The translations under genes were made by a program, and so were the position numbers. The notes below the pieces were generated by a model, which saw only the letters and a program-made list of their open reading frames with translations, searched no databases and was not told where the DNA came from. DNA of 64,000 nucleotides from an uncultured SAR86 cluster bacterium (lineage in GTDB: Bacteria; Pseudomonadota; Gammaproteobacteria; Magnimaribacterales; AG-339-G14): assembly GCA_902525435.1 (NCBI GenBank), contig CABZHD010000001.1, positions 100,125-164,124 of the forward strand, written 5' to 3'. Positions 9,324 to 18,263 of this stretch are shown here, one piece after another (within the stretch, counting starts at the first letter, position 1; every line of letters begins with the position of its first letter).

Positions 9324-10272
9324 AACTCTCTTCTTTAAGCATCTCAATAATTAGGGAAGGATTTATTTCGGTCATTTTTGATTTCTTGATCACTCTTTGA
9401 TAATCAAAAACAGGCCCTACTTTTGAAGGATCCGTAGGCCCAAATAAAAAAATTCCAGATAATCCTAAGCCTGCGCATATATGAGTTAGACCTGTGTCGA
9501 CTCCTATAAAAAATGAACACTTATCAAACTCTTCTTTGATCTTGTGAAAATTATCAGTTTCCAACTTAAAGGCTCTAGAATTAATTTCATTTATTTCTTT
9601 AAAGTAATTTAATTGATTCTTTCCATGGACAGGTACACAAATATCTAAATTGAAATCTTTTAAGTGATCGGCTAATTTTTTCCAATAATCTAAGGGATAT
9701 TCTTTATTTCTCCTGCTAGACCCATGAACGAAAATAATCTTATTTTTTTTATCTAAACCTTCTTGCTTAAAACCATAATCATGTTCTTTATTTGGCTCAT
9801 AATTTAAACTTTCAGCTGCTAATTTTTTCATTCTCATTACTGCATGTTCATCCTTAGTAATATTTATTCCCTTGTCGTATAAAAATGTTAAAAGTCCTTC
9901 TTTTGCTGATTTAAAGCTATAACCAATAAAATTTTTCGAGCTGGAAATTTTTTTGATTTTTGAACCTATGATTTGAGTTCTCATCAATCCTTGAAAATCA
10001 ATTACAAAGTCATAAGTGATATTTTTAAATGATGCATTTATTTCTTTATTCAAATTCTTAAGTCTTTTCACAAAAGATTGATTTTTTGTTTCTCTTAATG
10101 AAATTGAAAAGAAATTGTCGATAGAGTGATTTAATTTTGCTGTGCTGAGAAATGTGCGATCAACTAGAAAATCTACTCTAGATTCCGGGTAATTCTTTTT
10201 TATGTCTTCAATGGCTGGAAAGGAATGAATTATATCTCCCAGCGAAGAGGTTTTAATTATTAAGATTTTCAA
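9316..10272 (-). CDS. waaC: LPS heptosyltransferase I (GT9)
   Basis: Motifs IKTSSLGDIIH, IDFQGL, HAVMR, GVDTGLTH, LFGPTDP. Confidence 0.85.
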   Translation of the reverse strand: MKILIIKTSSLGDIIHSFPAIEDIKKNYPESRVDFLVDRTFLSTAKLNHSIDNFFSISLRETKNQSFVKRLKNLNKEINASFKNITYDFVIDFQGLMRTQIIGSKIKKISSSKNFIGYSFKSAKEGLLTFLYDKGINITKDEHAVMRMKKLAAESLNYEPNKEHDYGFKQEGLDKKNKIIFVHGSSRRNKEYPLDYWKKLADHLKDFNLDICVPVHGKNQLNYFKEINEINSRAFKLETDNFHKIKEEFDKCSFFIGVDTGLTHICAGLGLSGIFLFGPTDPSKVGPVFDYQRVIKKSKMTEINPSLIIEMLKEESFE

Positions 10273-11207
10273 TTATCAGAAATATTAGTTAACCATTCAG
10301 GGAATAAAATGTGCTCCCCTCTTACATGATTAGAGTATTTTGACTGAAGAATCTTGGTAATAGGTCCTCTTTGACCATTTGATATTTTATTTTTATCAAC
10401 AAACGTTATTGGCAATACCTCTGCTGCAGTCCCTGTAAAAAAAAGTTCATCTGCTTGAATAACCTCTTCTGGAGAGATGTTCTTCTCAATAACATCAATT
10501 TTTTCATTCTTAGCTAAATCAATGATACTTTTTCTTGTTATACCATTAAGTGATGCCTCAACATCAGGAGTGAATATTTTCCCATCTTTCACCATGAAAA
10601 AGTTTTCTCCGGAACCTTCAGCAACATTTCCTTCTGTGTCTAACATTAAAGCTTCATCAAAACCTGCTTCAAGAGCTTCATTAAGTGCAACAATAGAATT
10701 AACGTAGTTTCCGTTAACTTTTGATCTCGACACTTTATTCCCTCTTTGTCTTGTGTAACTAGATAGTTTTACTTTGATTCCTTGCTCGTAAAGCTCTGGG
10801 GAAAGGTAGCTTGGCCAATACCAAGCGGCAACAATGCAGTGAACTTTAAGATTATCAGCTCTAAGTCCCAAGCCTTCAGAACCATAAAAGCACATAGGCC
10901 TTATATAAGCTTCCTCTAACTTATTTCTTTTTACGACTTCTATTTGAGCTTTATTTATTTCGTCTTTTGAATAAGGAATTTTTAATTTAACAGTATCTGC
11001 AGATTCAAAAAGGCGATCTGTGTGGTCCTTAAGACGGAAAATCGTTGGTCCTTGCGTGGTAGAATAAGCTCTAACACCTTCAAATACACCTAATCCGTAA
11101 TGAAGAGTATGAGTTAAAACATGAACTTTGGCATCTTTCCAGTCAACATACTGGCCATCAAACCATACAACGCCATCTATATTTTCAAGGCCTTTTGAAG
11201 TATCCAT
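10269..11207 (-). CDS. ilvE: Branched-chain amino acid aminotransferase
   Basis: Motifs HVLTHTLHYGLGVFEG, AYIRP, EGSGENFF, FTGTAAE. Confidence 0.96.
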   Translation of the reverse strand: MDTSKGLENIDGVVWFDGQYVDWKDAKVHVLTHTLHYGLGVFEGVRAYSTTQGPTIFRLKDHTDRLFESADTVKLKIPYSKDEINKAQIEVVKRNKLEEAYIRPMCFYGSEGLGLRADNLKVHCIVAAWYWPSYLSPELYEQGIKVKLSSYTRQRGNKVSRSKVNGNYVNSIVALNEALEAGFDEALMLDTEGNVAEGSGENFFMVKDGKIFTPDVEASLNGITRKSIIDLAKNEKIDVIEKNISPEEVIQADELFFTGTAAEVLPITFVDKNKISNGQRGPITKILQSKYSNHVRGEHILFPEWLTNISDN

Positions 11208-11224
11208 ATTTAAGTTAGAACCAA

Positions 11225-12604
11225 ATGCAAATTAATCAAAATATTTTTAGAGCATATGATATCAGAGGTATTGCATCTGAGGACCTGAGCGATGAATTTG
11301 TTATGTCTTTGGGATCAGCTTTGAGTCATAAAATTAAAAAATTAGGTTTAAATCAAGTTGTAGTAGCTCGCGACGGAAGATTATCTGGAGCAAGAATTTA
11401 CTCAGCCTTGATTAACTCCTTCTTAGATAATGGTGTAGATGTCATAAATGCAGGAATGGTGCCCTCACCTCTACTTTATTTTGCGGTTGAGAAATTAAAT
11501 ACTAAGAATGGAGTCATGATCACAGGAAGCCACAACCCCAAAGAATATAATGGATTTAAAATAATCTTGGGCGGTAAAACTATTTACGGGCAAGAAATTC
11601 AAAATATTAAAAACTACATACTTCAAGGCACTCACTCGAAAGAAATCCAGAAAGGTAATTTAGAAGAGATAGATATTTTAGATGATTATATTAATGAGCT
11701 TAAAAATAATATCTCATTAAAAAGGTCCATGAAGATTTGTCTTGATTGTGGAAATGGTGTTGGCGGGATGATTGCGCCAAAAGCATTTAAAGCAATTGGT
11801 TGTGAAGTTGTAGAACTTTTCAGCGAAGTAGATGGAAATTTTCCAAATCATCACCCAGATCCTGGTAATCCGAAAAATCTTGAAGACTTGCAGAGCAAAA
11901 TAAAAGAATCAAATGCTGATATTGGCATAGCCTTGGACGGTGATGCAGATAGAGTTGGCATTGTTGATAACTCAGGGAAAATAATCTACCCAGATATTCA
12001 AATGATTCTGTATGCAGGCCAAGTTTTAGAGAAAAATAAAAATGCAACAATCATTTTTGATGTCAAATGTTCTAACATCCTAAAAAATTTCATTGAAGAA
12101 AATTCTGGCATAGCTTACATGTCAAAAACTGGCCACTCATACATAAAGAAGAATCTTTTTGAAAAGAATGCTCTTTTAGCCGGAGAAATGAGTGGGCATA
12201 TTTTCTTTAAAGATAGATGGTTTGGTTTCGACGACGCTATTTATGCTGGAAGTAGAATGTTAGAGATTTTGTCAGAAAAAGAAAAAAATTCATCAGATAT
12301 TTTTTCTGAACTACCTCAGAATTTATCAACACCAGAGATAAATATATCTGTTTCAGATGAAAATAAGTTTTCAATAATAAGTAAACTAATAAAAATACTG
12401 GAGAAAGAAAGTGGAGAGATTAGCTCCCTAGATGGAATTAGAATAGATAGAGATTCTTGCTGGGGTCTTATAAGAGCATCAAATACTTCACCAAACTTGG
12501 TTTTAAGGTTTGAAGGAAATTCGCCTCAAGATTTGGATGATATAAAAAATGTATTTAAAAAAGCTATTTCAAAAGTGGATAATACGATCAAAGCAAACTT
12601 TTAA
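11225..12604 (+). CDS. algC: Phosphomannomutase/phosphoglucomutase
   Basis: Motifs FRAYDIRG, TGSHNP, DGDADR, GEMSGH, RASNT. Confidence 0.93.
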   Translation: MQINQNIFRAYDIRGIASEDLSDEFVMSLGSALSHKIKKLGLNQVVVARDGRLSGARIYSALINSFLDNGVDVINAGMVPSPLLYFAVEKLNTKNGVMITGSHNPKEYNGFKIILGGKTIYGQEIQNIKNYILQGTHSKEIQKGNLEEIDILDDYINELKNNISLKRSMKICLDCGNGVGGMIAPKAFKAIGCEVVELFSEVDGNFPNHHPDPGNPKNLEDLQSKIKESNADIGIALDGDADRVGIVDNSGKIIYPDIQMILYAGQVLEKNKNATIIFDVKCSNILKNFIEENSGIAYMSKTGHSYIKKNLFEKNALLAGEMSGHIFFKDRWFGFDDAIYAGSRMLEILSEKEKNSSDIFSELPQNLSTPEINISVSDENKFSIISKLIKILEKESGEISSLDGIRIDRDSCWGLIRASNTSPNLVLRFEGNSPQDLDDIKNVFKKAISKVDNTIKANF

Positions 12605-13455
12605 TGATCAAAGATAGCAAATCTGCAGAATCACTAGCAAAGATCCTAAGTGAGGCCTTGCCTTACATACAAAAGTTTTCAGGAAAGATAGTCGTCATTA
12701 AGTATGGTGGCAGCGCTATGAAAGAAAACAAATTAAGGCAAAATTTTGCAAGAGACATCGCTTTGATGAGGCAAATTGGAATATTTCCTGTTCTTGTTCA
12801 TGGAGGCGGACCACAAATTGAAAGAAATTTGAAGAAGAACAATATAAAAAGTGTGTTTATTGATGGACTTAGAAAAACAGATGAAAATTCAATAAAAACT
12901 ATTGTTAAAACTCTAAGGGAAGTAAATGGAGATATTGCCGAACTGATCAAAACTTGGGGAGCAAGAACAAAAACATTCAATGACGTTAGAGAGAGTATTC
13001 TTATCTGTAAAAAAATTAAAACACAGATGGATCTTGGATTTGTAGGTGATATCACAAAGGTTGATGGTAGTTTGATCAAGAAAAATATTTTTAGTGGAAA
13101 AATTCCTGTGATTGCTCCAATTGGCAGGGACAGATTTGGAATGCATTACAATATTAATGCTGATCATGTGGCTTGCAAGGTTGCTGAAAAATTAAAGGCT
13201 GAAAAGATAATTATGATGACGGATGTAAAAGGAGTGTTGACAAATACAGGTAAGAAAATATCTGAAATGGATATCAAAAAAGCCAAAAAAGTTGCTAAAA
13301 CCATAAAAGGAGGAATGCTTCCAAAACTCTCATCTGTGATAAAGAGTCTAGAAAGCGGCGTGAAAAGTGCTCATATCGTTGATGGCAGAGTGCCGCATGC
13401 AGTTTTAGTTGAGATACTTACGGACAAGGGCGTTGGAACTTGGATAACAAAATAA
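12604..13455 (+). CDS. argB: Acetylglutamate kinase
   Basis: Motifs EALPYI, IKYGG, VHGGGP, NINAD, GGMLPK, DGRVPHA. Confidence 0.95.
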   Translation: MIKDSKSAESLAKILSEALPYIQKFSGKIVVIKYGGSAMKENKLRQNFARDIALMRQIGIFPVLVHGGGPQIERNLKKNNIKSVFIDGLRKTDENSIKTIVKTLREVNGDIAELIKTWGARTKTFNDVRESILICKKIKTQMDLGFVGDITKVDGSLIKKNIFSGKIPVIAPIGRDRFGMHYNINADHVACKVAEKLKAEKIIMMTDVKGVLTNTGKKISEMDIKKAKKVAKTIKGGMLPKLSSVIKSLESGVKSAHIVDGRVPHAVLVEILTDKGVGTWITK

Positions 13456-13456
13456 G

Positions 13457-14041
13457 ATGACCGAAACTCTGACAAATAGACAAATTAATATTATGCAGAC
13501 TTTAGTTTCCATGCTTGAAAGTAAGGAACCGATAAAAATTACTACTGCTGAATTGGCAAAAAGGTGCGAGATAACTGAAGCTGCCATCTATAAACATTTT
13601 CCAAGTAAAAGAAAGATATATGAAGGCTTGGTTGATTTTTGTGAGGAAAATATATTTCCAAGAATATCATCCATAAAAAAAGAAGTTTCCAGTCCGGAGA
13701 CTCCCTTTAATATTTGTACTTTGATATTAGCGTTTTGTGAGAAAAACAAAGGTATTTGCAAAATTTTGACTAGAGAAGTACTTACTCCAGATGAAATAAA
13801 AATTGAAGAAAAAGTAAACCATTTATTTGAAAGATTCGAACTTGAAATAAAACTTGCCTTCCAAAATTATGAACAATCCAGCAAGGCAAAATTCAACTTA
13901 ACTCCAACTGATTCAGCTGGATTGGTCATTTCTATTCTAGAGGGAAAGATTCAAAGCTTTGTAAGATCAAATTTTAAAAGAAAAATATTGGAAGAATGGA
14001 ATGAATATTCTTCAAAATTAATGCTAACAATTTATAAGTGA
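13457..14041 (+). CDS. slmA: Nucleoid occlusion factor (TetR family)
   Basis: HTH ITTAELA...EAAIYKHFPSK; algC-argB-slmA synteny. Confidence 0.85.
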   Translation: MTETLTNRQINIMQTLVSMLESKEPIKITTAELAKRCEITEAAIYKHFPSKRKIYEGLVDFCEENIFPRISSIKKEVSSPETPFNICTLILAFCEKNKGICKILTREVLTPDEIKIEEKVNHLFERFELEIKLAFQNYEQSSKAKFNLTPTDSAGLVISILEGKIQSFVRSNFKRKILEEWNEYSSKLMLTIYK

Positions 14042-14046
14042 TTTAA

Positions 14047-16443
14047 TTAATTTATAAGAAAATCGAAGAAGATATTCTTTTCGTCCGGCCTGGCAATTTC
14101 TCCAGTGCTTTTATTCAATCTGGCTGCAGATAAATTCTTAGGCCTTGGTTGCGTTCCTTTATCGATATTGTTCTGAACCTCTGAGACATAATTCATCCAA
14201 ATAGGTAAAGCAGTTGTACTTCCGAACTCTCTCTCCCCTAGTGGTTTAGGTTGATCATATCCAAACCAAACTGTTGCTAAGAAGCTGTTATTAAAGCCTG
14301 TAAACCAAGTGCTCTCTGCATCATTAGTTGTTCCAGTTTTTCCTGCAAAATCATCTCTGGATAATTTCTTTATATTGCTTGCTGTCCCTCTTTTTGCCGC
14401 TTCTATCAAAATGTCATTAATTACATATGTAATTCTAGGATCAATAATTTCTTCTTCATTATTTTCTTCATTGTATCCATTCCATAATCTTGAAGCTCTT
14501 AGATCTAAAGTTTTAGTTTTTGAGAAATCTAATACTTCTGAATTAGGAAGAACGATTTTTTCAATGTAATAAGGCTCTATAGATTTTCCTCCATTAGCAA
14601 TGATAGAAAAGGCTTTTGCATTTTGTAAAGGAGTAGAACTATAAGATCCCAGGGCCAGAGACAAATCATTCGGAATTTCATCTTCTTGGAATCCATATTT
14701 CTGAACATGACTTCTTACTTTGTCGATACCTAATTCCTGAAGAAGTCTAACTGAAACTATGTTTCTTGACTGAACCAATGCCTCTCTCAATCTTGTTGGT
14801 CCATAGAATCTACCGGATGAATTTTTTGGGCGCCAGACATCTTCTAAATTGTCATCTTCAAAAACTATGGGTGCATCGAGGATTATTGAGGATGGGTTAT
14901 AACCATTTTCAAAGGCAGCACTATATAAAAAAGGTTTAAAGTTTGAACCAAGCTGAGGTTTTGCTTGAAAAACTCGATTATAGTTACTTGAATAAAAATC
15001 ATATCCGCCGACCAAAGCCAAGATCTTTCCATCCTTTGGATCAAGACTTACGATACATGATTGAATCTCTGGATATTGAGAGAATTCCACTTTTTCACTG
15101 CTTTCATTGATCCAAACGAGATCCCCAGGAGAGAAGAAATCCGAAAATTCCTGAACCTCCCTATCTATTCTATTTTCATCTATTTTTGGTCTAATCTTCG
15201 TATTCAGGTCTTCTTTAAAAATTCTTTTGAGCTCTAAATTAGAATTGATAAGAAATACAACTTGATCTTCTACTGAAACAAATATGGCAGGGACAAAATC
15301 TTTGTATTTTGGGAGTGACTCATAAAGAGATTCAATCTCCCTGAAAGGATGCTCATCGGTTTTTTCTATTCCATACTCATCAGAAAAATCTATGTCTTGA
15401 TAAAAAAATTGATAGAACACTTCGGACTTATTGAGAAATTTATTTGGGATCAAATTTTCATAATTCTTTGGCTTTCTAAATCCATGTCTACTTTCATAAC
15501 TCTCTATTCCATTTTTAAGAGCTTTGTTGGCAGAAAGTTGATGTTGTGAATTTATTGTTGAATAAACTTCATAGCCATCTTTATATACTCCCTTTCCATA
15601 GTTACTAACCATGTATTTTCTAATTTCTTCTGCCAAATGGCCGGCTTCCACCTCGGGTTTGATTCCATAATTATCTGCTGTAAGAGGTTCAGATACATTT
15701 ACCTCATAATCGCTTTCGGAGATGTATCCTAGGTCTTTCATTCGTTTAAGTATCCAATTTCTTCTATTCAATGCTCTTCTTTTATTTGCCAGTGGATTCA
15801 CCTCTGATGGTCTTTGCGTTGATGCAGCAATCATTGCAAATTGAGCTATAGATAAATCTTGAAGAGGCTTTCCATAATAAATTGAGGAAGCCGCAACAAT
15901 GCCATAAGCTCTGTTCCCTAAAAAAACTTTATTTACATAAAGTTCAAATATTTCCTCTTTTGTTAAAAAGACTTCAAGCATAAAGGCCGTATAAATTTCT
16001 TTTAACTTTCTTTTGTAGGTTTTTTCTTGGGTAAGCAAATAATTTCTAGCAACTTGCATTGTCAAGGTTCCACCACCGCTGCCTTTTTCTCCCGTAATTA
16101 TCAACTCACTTAGCGCTCTGGCAAGAGCAGTAAAATCGATACCCGTATGAGAGAAAAATTCATCGTCTTCAGCTGCAAGATATGCATTAACAAGTCCCTC
16201 AGGTATGTCTTCAAAAATAATTTTTGTTCTATGGATTTCCCCAAATTCAGAAATAAGCTTTCCATCTCTAGTATAAATTTTTAATGGAATTTGTAATTCT
16301 GCTTTATCAAGGTCACTTATTTTAGGTAATTCAGGATAAAGATATATATAAATTCCAAGCGCCATTTGAAATGGCAAAAGAATAGTAATTAAAGATATTA
16401 GAAATATCTTTGACCTGAATAATGCCCTAAAAAAATTTTTCAT
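14047..16443 (-). CDS. mrcA: Penicillin-binding protein 1A
   Basis: Transglycosylase motifs AAEDDEF, TLTMQVARN, RKLKE; transpeptidase motifs SNFK, SRN, KTG. Confidence 0.95.
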   Translation of the reverse strand: MKNFFRALFRSKIFLISLITILLPFQMALGIYIYLYPELPKISDLDKAELQIPLKIYTRDGKLISEFGEIHRTKIIFEDIPEGLVNAYLAAEDDEFFSHTGIDFTALARALSELIITGEKGSGGGTLTMQVARNYLLTQEKTYKRKLKEIYTAFMLEVFLTKEEIFELYVNKVFLGNRAYGIVAASSIYYGKPLQDLSIAQFAMIAASTQRPSEVNPLANKRRALNRRNWILKRMKDLGYISESDYEVNVSEPLTADNYGIKPEVEAGHLAEEIRKYMVSNYGKGVYKDGYEVYSTINSQHQLSANKALKNGIESYESRHGFRKPKNYENLIPNKFLNKSEVFYQFFYQDIDFSDEYGIEKTDEHPFREIESLYESLPKYKDFVPAIFVSVEDQVVFLINSNLELKRIFKEDLNTKIRPKIDENRIDREVQEFSDFFSPGDLVWINESSEKVEFSQYPEIQSCIVSLDPKDGKILALVGGYDFYSSNYNRVFQAKPQLGSNFKPFLYSAAFENGYNPSSIILDAPIVFEDDNLEDVWRPKNSSGRFYGPTRLREALVQSRNIVSVRLLQELGIDKVRSHVQKYGFQEDEIPNDLSLALGSYSSTPLQNAKAFSIIANGGKSIEPYYIEKIVLPNSEVLDFSKTKTLDLRASRLWNGYNEENNEEEIIDPRITYVINDILIEAAKRGTASNIKKLSRDDFAGKTGTTNDAESTWFTGFNNSFLATVWFGYDQPKPLGEREFGSTTALPIWMNYVSEVQNNIDKGTQPRPKNLSAARLNKSTGEIARPDEKNIFFDFLIN

Positions 16444-16467
16444 TTTCTAAAAGATAATTCTAATAGA

Positions 16468-16473
16468 TATAAT
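16468..16473 (+). promoter_or_regulatory. Sigma70 -10 box 6 nt before the aroK ATG (leaderless-type)
   Basis: Sequence reads TATAAT-gagtag-ATG. Confidence 0.6.
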
Positions 16474-16479
16474 GAGTAG

Positions 16480-16986
16480 ATGAACATCTTTCTTGTTGGA
16501 CCCATGGGATCTGGAAAATCAAGCTTGGGAAAGAAACTCGCTAAAAGTTTAGATAAAAAATTTATTGATACAGACAAAGAAATTGAGAAAAAAGAAAACA
16601 AAACTATTAATGAGATTTTTGAAAATAAAGGTGAGAAATATTTTAGAGAAAAAGAGAAAGAGTTTTTAATAAATATCCCAAATAGCTTAAATATGGTTAT
16701 TGCAACTGGCGGAGGTATCGTTACTGATCAAGAAAACCGTGAGAAATTAAAAGAAAATAGAGTCATTTTCTTAAATGCCTCAGTCGAAAGACAGAGCAAA
16801 AGAACGTCTAGATCAGATAAAAGGCCTCTCTTAAGAAACGTAGACAGGTTGAAAAAACTTAGAGAACTCTACGATCAAAGGTTAAAGTTTTATAAGGACG
16901 TTTCAAATTTCGAAATCAACGTAGATAAATATAAAAGCAAAGATATTCTTGTGAAAATTATTGAAGAACTAAATGAAAACAATTAA
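16480..16986 (+). CDS. aroK: Shikimate kinase
   Basis: Motifs GPMGSGKSS, DTD, GEKYFR, ATGGG, RPLL. Confidence 0.95.
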   Translation: MNIFLVGPMGSGKSSLGKKLAKSLDKKFIDTDKEIEKKENKTINEIFENKGEKYFREKEKEFLINIPNSLNMVIATGGGIVTDQENREKLKENRVIFLNASVERQSKRTSRSDKRPLLRNVDRLKKLRELYDQRLKFYKDVSNFEINVDKYKSKDILVKIIEELNENN

Positions 16987-18061
16987 ACAATTAAAAGTAA
17001 AAACGCCCAGTTCAAATTATTCCATTTATTTTGGTAATGATTTTATTAAAAGATTTCCTTTAAAAAAAATATCCAACTCAAAAGAAATTTTTTTTATTTT
17101 TGACTCAAAAATGCCTGATTTATCAATCAGAAAAGTAAAGAGTTTCATAAGGCAATCAATGCCGAGTAAATTTGACTCCTTTAAATTTATTGCAAATGAA
17201 AAAAATAAATCTATCGAGACATCTCAAAAAATTATAGAAAAATTAATTGATTTAAAATTCTCAAGAGATTCATTGATTGTTTCTTTTGGTGGCGGCATAA
17301 CAACAGATCTCGCGGGTTTTGTAGCCTCAGTATATCTTCGCGGAATTGAAGTTATGCATATTCCAACCACTCTTCTGGCCCAGGTCGATGCATCTGTGGG
17401 AGGTAAAACAGGTGTTAACAGTAAAAAATTTAAAAATATGATTGGTGCATTTAAGCAACCTGCAGCAGTATTGATTGATACATGTTTTCTCAAATCCCTG
17501 AGTAAAAGGCATTTAGCAGCAGGTTACTCAGAAATAATTAAACATGCGCTAATTGAAGATAAAAATTTGTTATCTAAATTAGATAACTTTGATCAGAATA
17601 TTGATAAGAAAGGAAACATTACCGAGTTATCTAACCTCATAAGGATATCAACAAAAATTAAGGCAAACATTGTTGAGCAAGACGAAAGAGAGAAATCGGT
17701 AAGAGCTCATCTCAACTTTGGTCATACTTTCGCACATGCTATAGAAAGCGTTCAATCTTTTAAGGGATTGAACCATGGCGAAGCAGTTGGCGTTGGAATG
17801 GTTTGTGCGGCCAAATTATCTTTACTGTTAGGTAAAATAAATTCACAAGAGTTTGATAAAATTAAATCGTTAATTAAAAAATTCAACTTACCCATTAAGC
17901 TTCCTGCTAATTGTGAGCCTGCAAAGATTCTTAAAGCCATGCAATCTGACAAAAAAAGTAAAGATTCAACTATAAGATTCATTATTTTAGATGGAATAGG
18001 AAAGGTTAAAATAGTTGAAAACGTTGACAAAGAGAAAATCTTAAATAGCTTAAAAATATAA
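16973..18061 (+). CDS. aroB: 3-dehydroquinate synthase
   Basis: Motifs GGGITTDLAGF, PTTLLAQVDASVGGKTGVN, LNFGHTFAHAIE. Confidence 0.96.
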   Translation: MKTIKQLKVKTPSSNYSIYFGNDFIKRFPLKKISNSKEIFFIFDSKMPDLSIRKVKSFIRQSMPSKFDSFKFIANEKNKSIETSQKIIEKLIDLKFSRDSLIVSFGGGITTDLAGFVASVYLRGIEVMHIPTTLLAQVDASVGGKTGVNSKKFKNMIGAFKQPAAVLIDTCFLKSLSKRHLAAGYSEIIKHALIEDKNLLSKLDNFDQNIDKKGNITELSNLIRISTKIKANIVEQDEREKSVRAHLNFGHTFAHAIESVQSFKGLNHGEAVGVGMVCAAKLSLLLGKINSQEFDKIKSLIKKFNLPIKLPANCEPAKILKAMQSDKKSKDSTIRFIILDGIGKVKIVENVDKEKILNSLKI

Positions 18062-18092
18062 AAAATATTTCTCTTATAACATAGAATAAAAA

Positions 18093-18122
18093 TTGGTCTT
18101 TTTTATTATTTTTTGGTATAAA
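18093..18122 (+). promoter_or_regulatory. Putative gltB promoter
   Basis: TTGGTC, 18-nt spacer, then TATAAA preceded by an extended TG, upstream of the riboswitch. Confidence 0.4.
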
Positions 18123-18173
18123 TAATTAAGCAAGAAATTAACATTCTTCCCTGAGATCTTGGGCTTAAGATCA

Positions 18174-18230
18174 ATCGTTCATCCTTATTTGGGGACGGAA
18201 GTAGGTAAAATATCAAACCGAAGGAACGCA
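18174..18230 (+). ncRNA. Glutamine riboswitch aptamer (glnA RNA motif)
   Basis: ATCGTTCATCCTTATTTGGGGACGGAAGTAGGTAAAATATCAAACCGAAGGAACGCA: P1 CGTTC/GAACG, P2 TCCT/GGGA, CGGAAGTAG core, P3 GGT/ACC, then GAAGGAACGC; lies in the gltB leader. Confidence 0.88.
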
Positions 18231-18263
18231 TCTTTCGATCAGGAAGGATGAAGCATTGACTCG

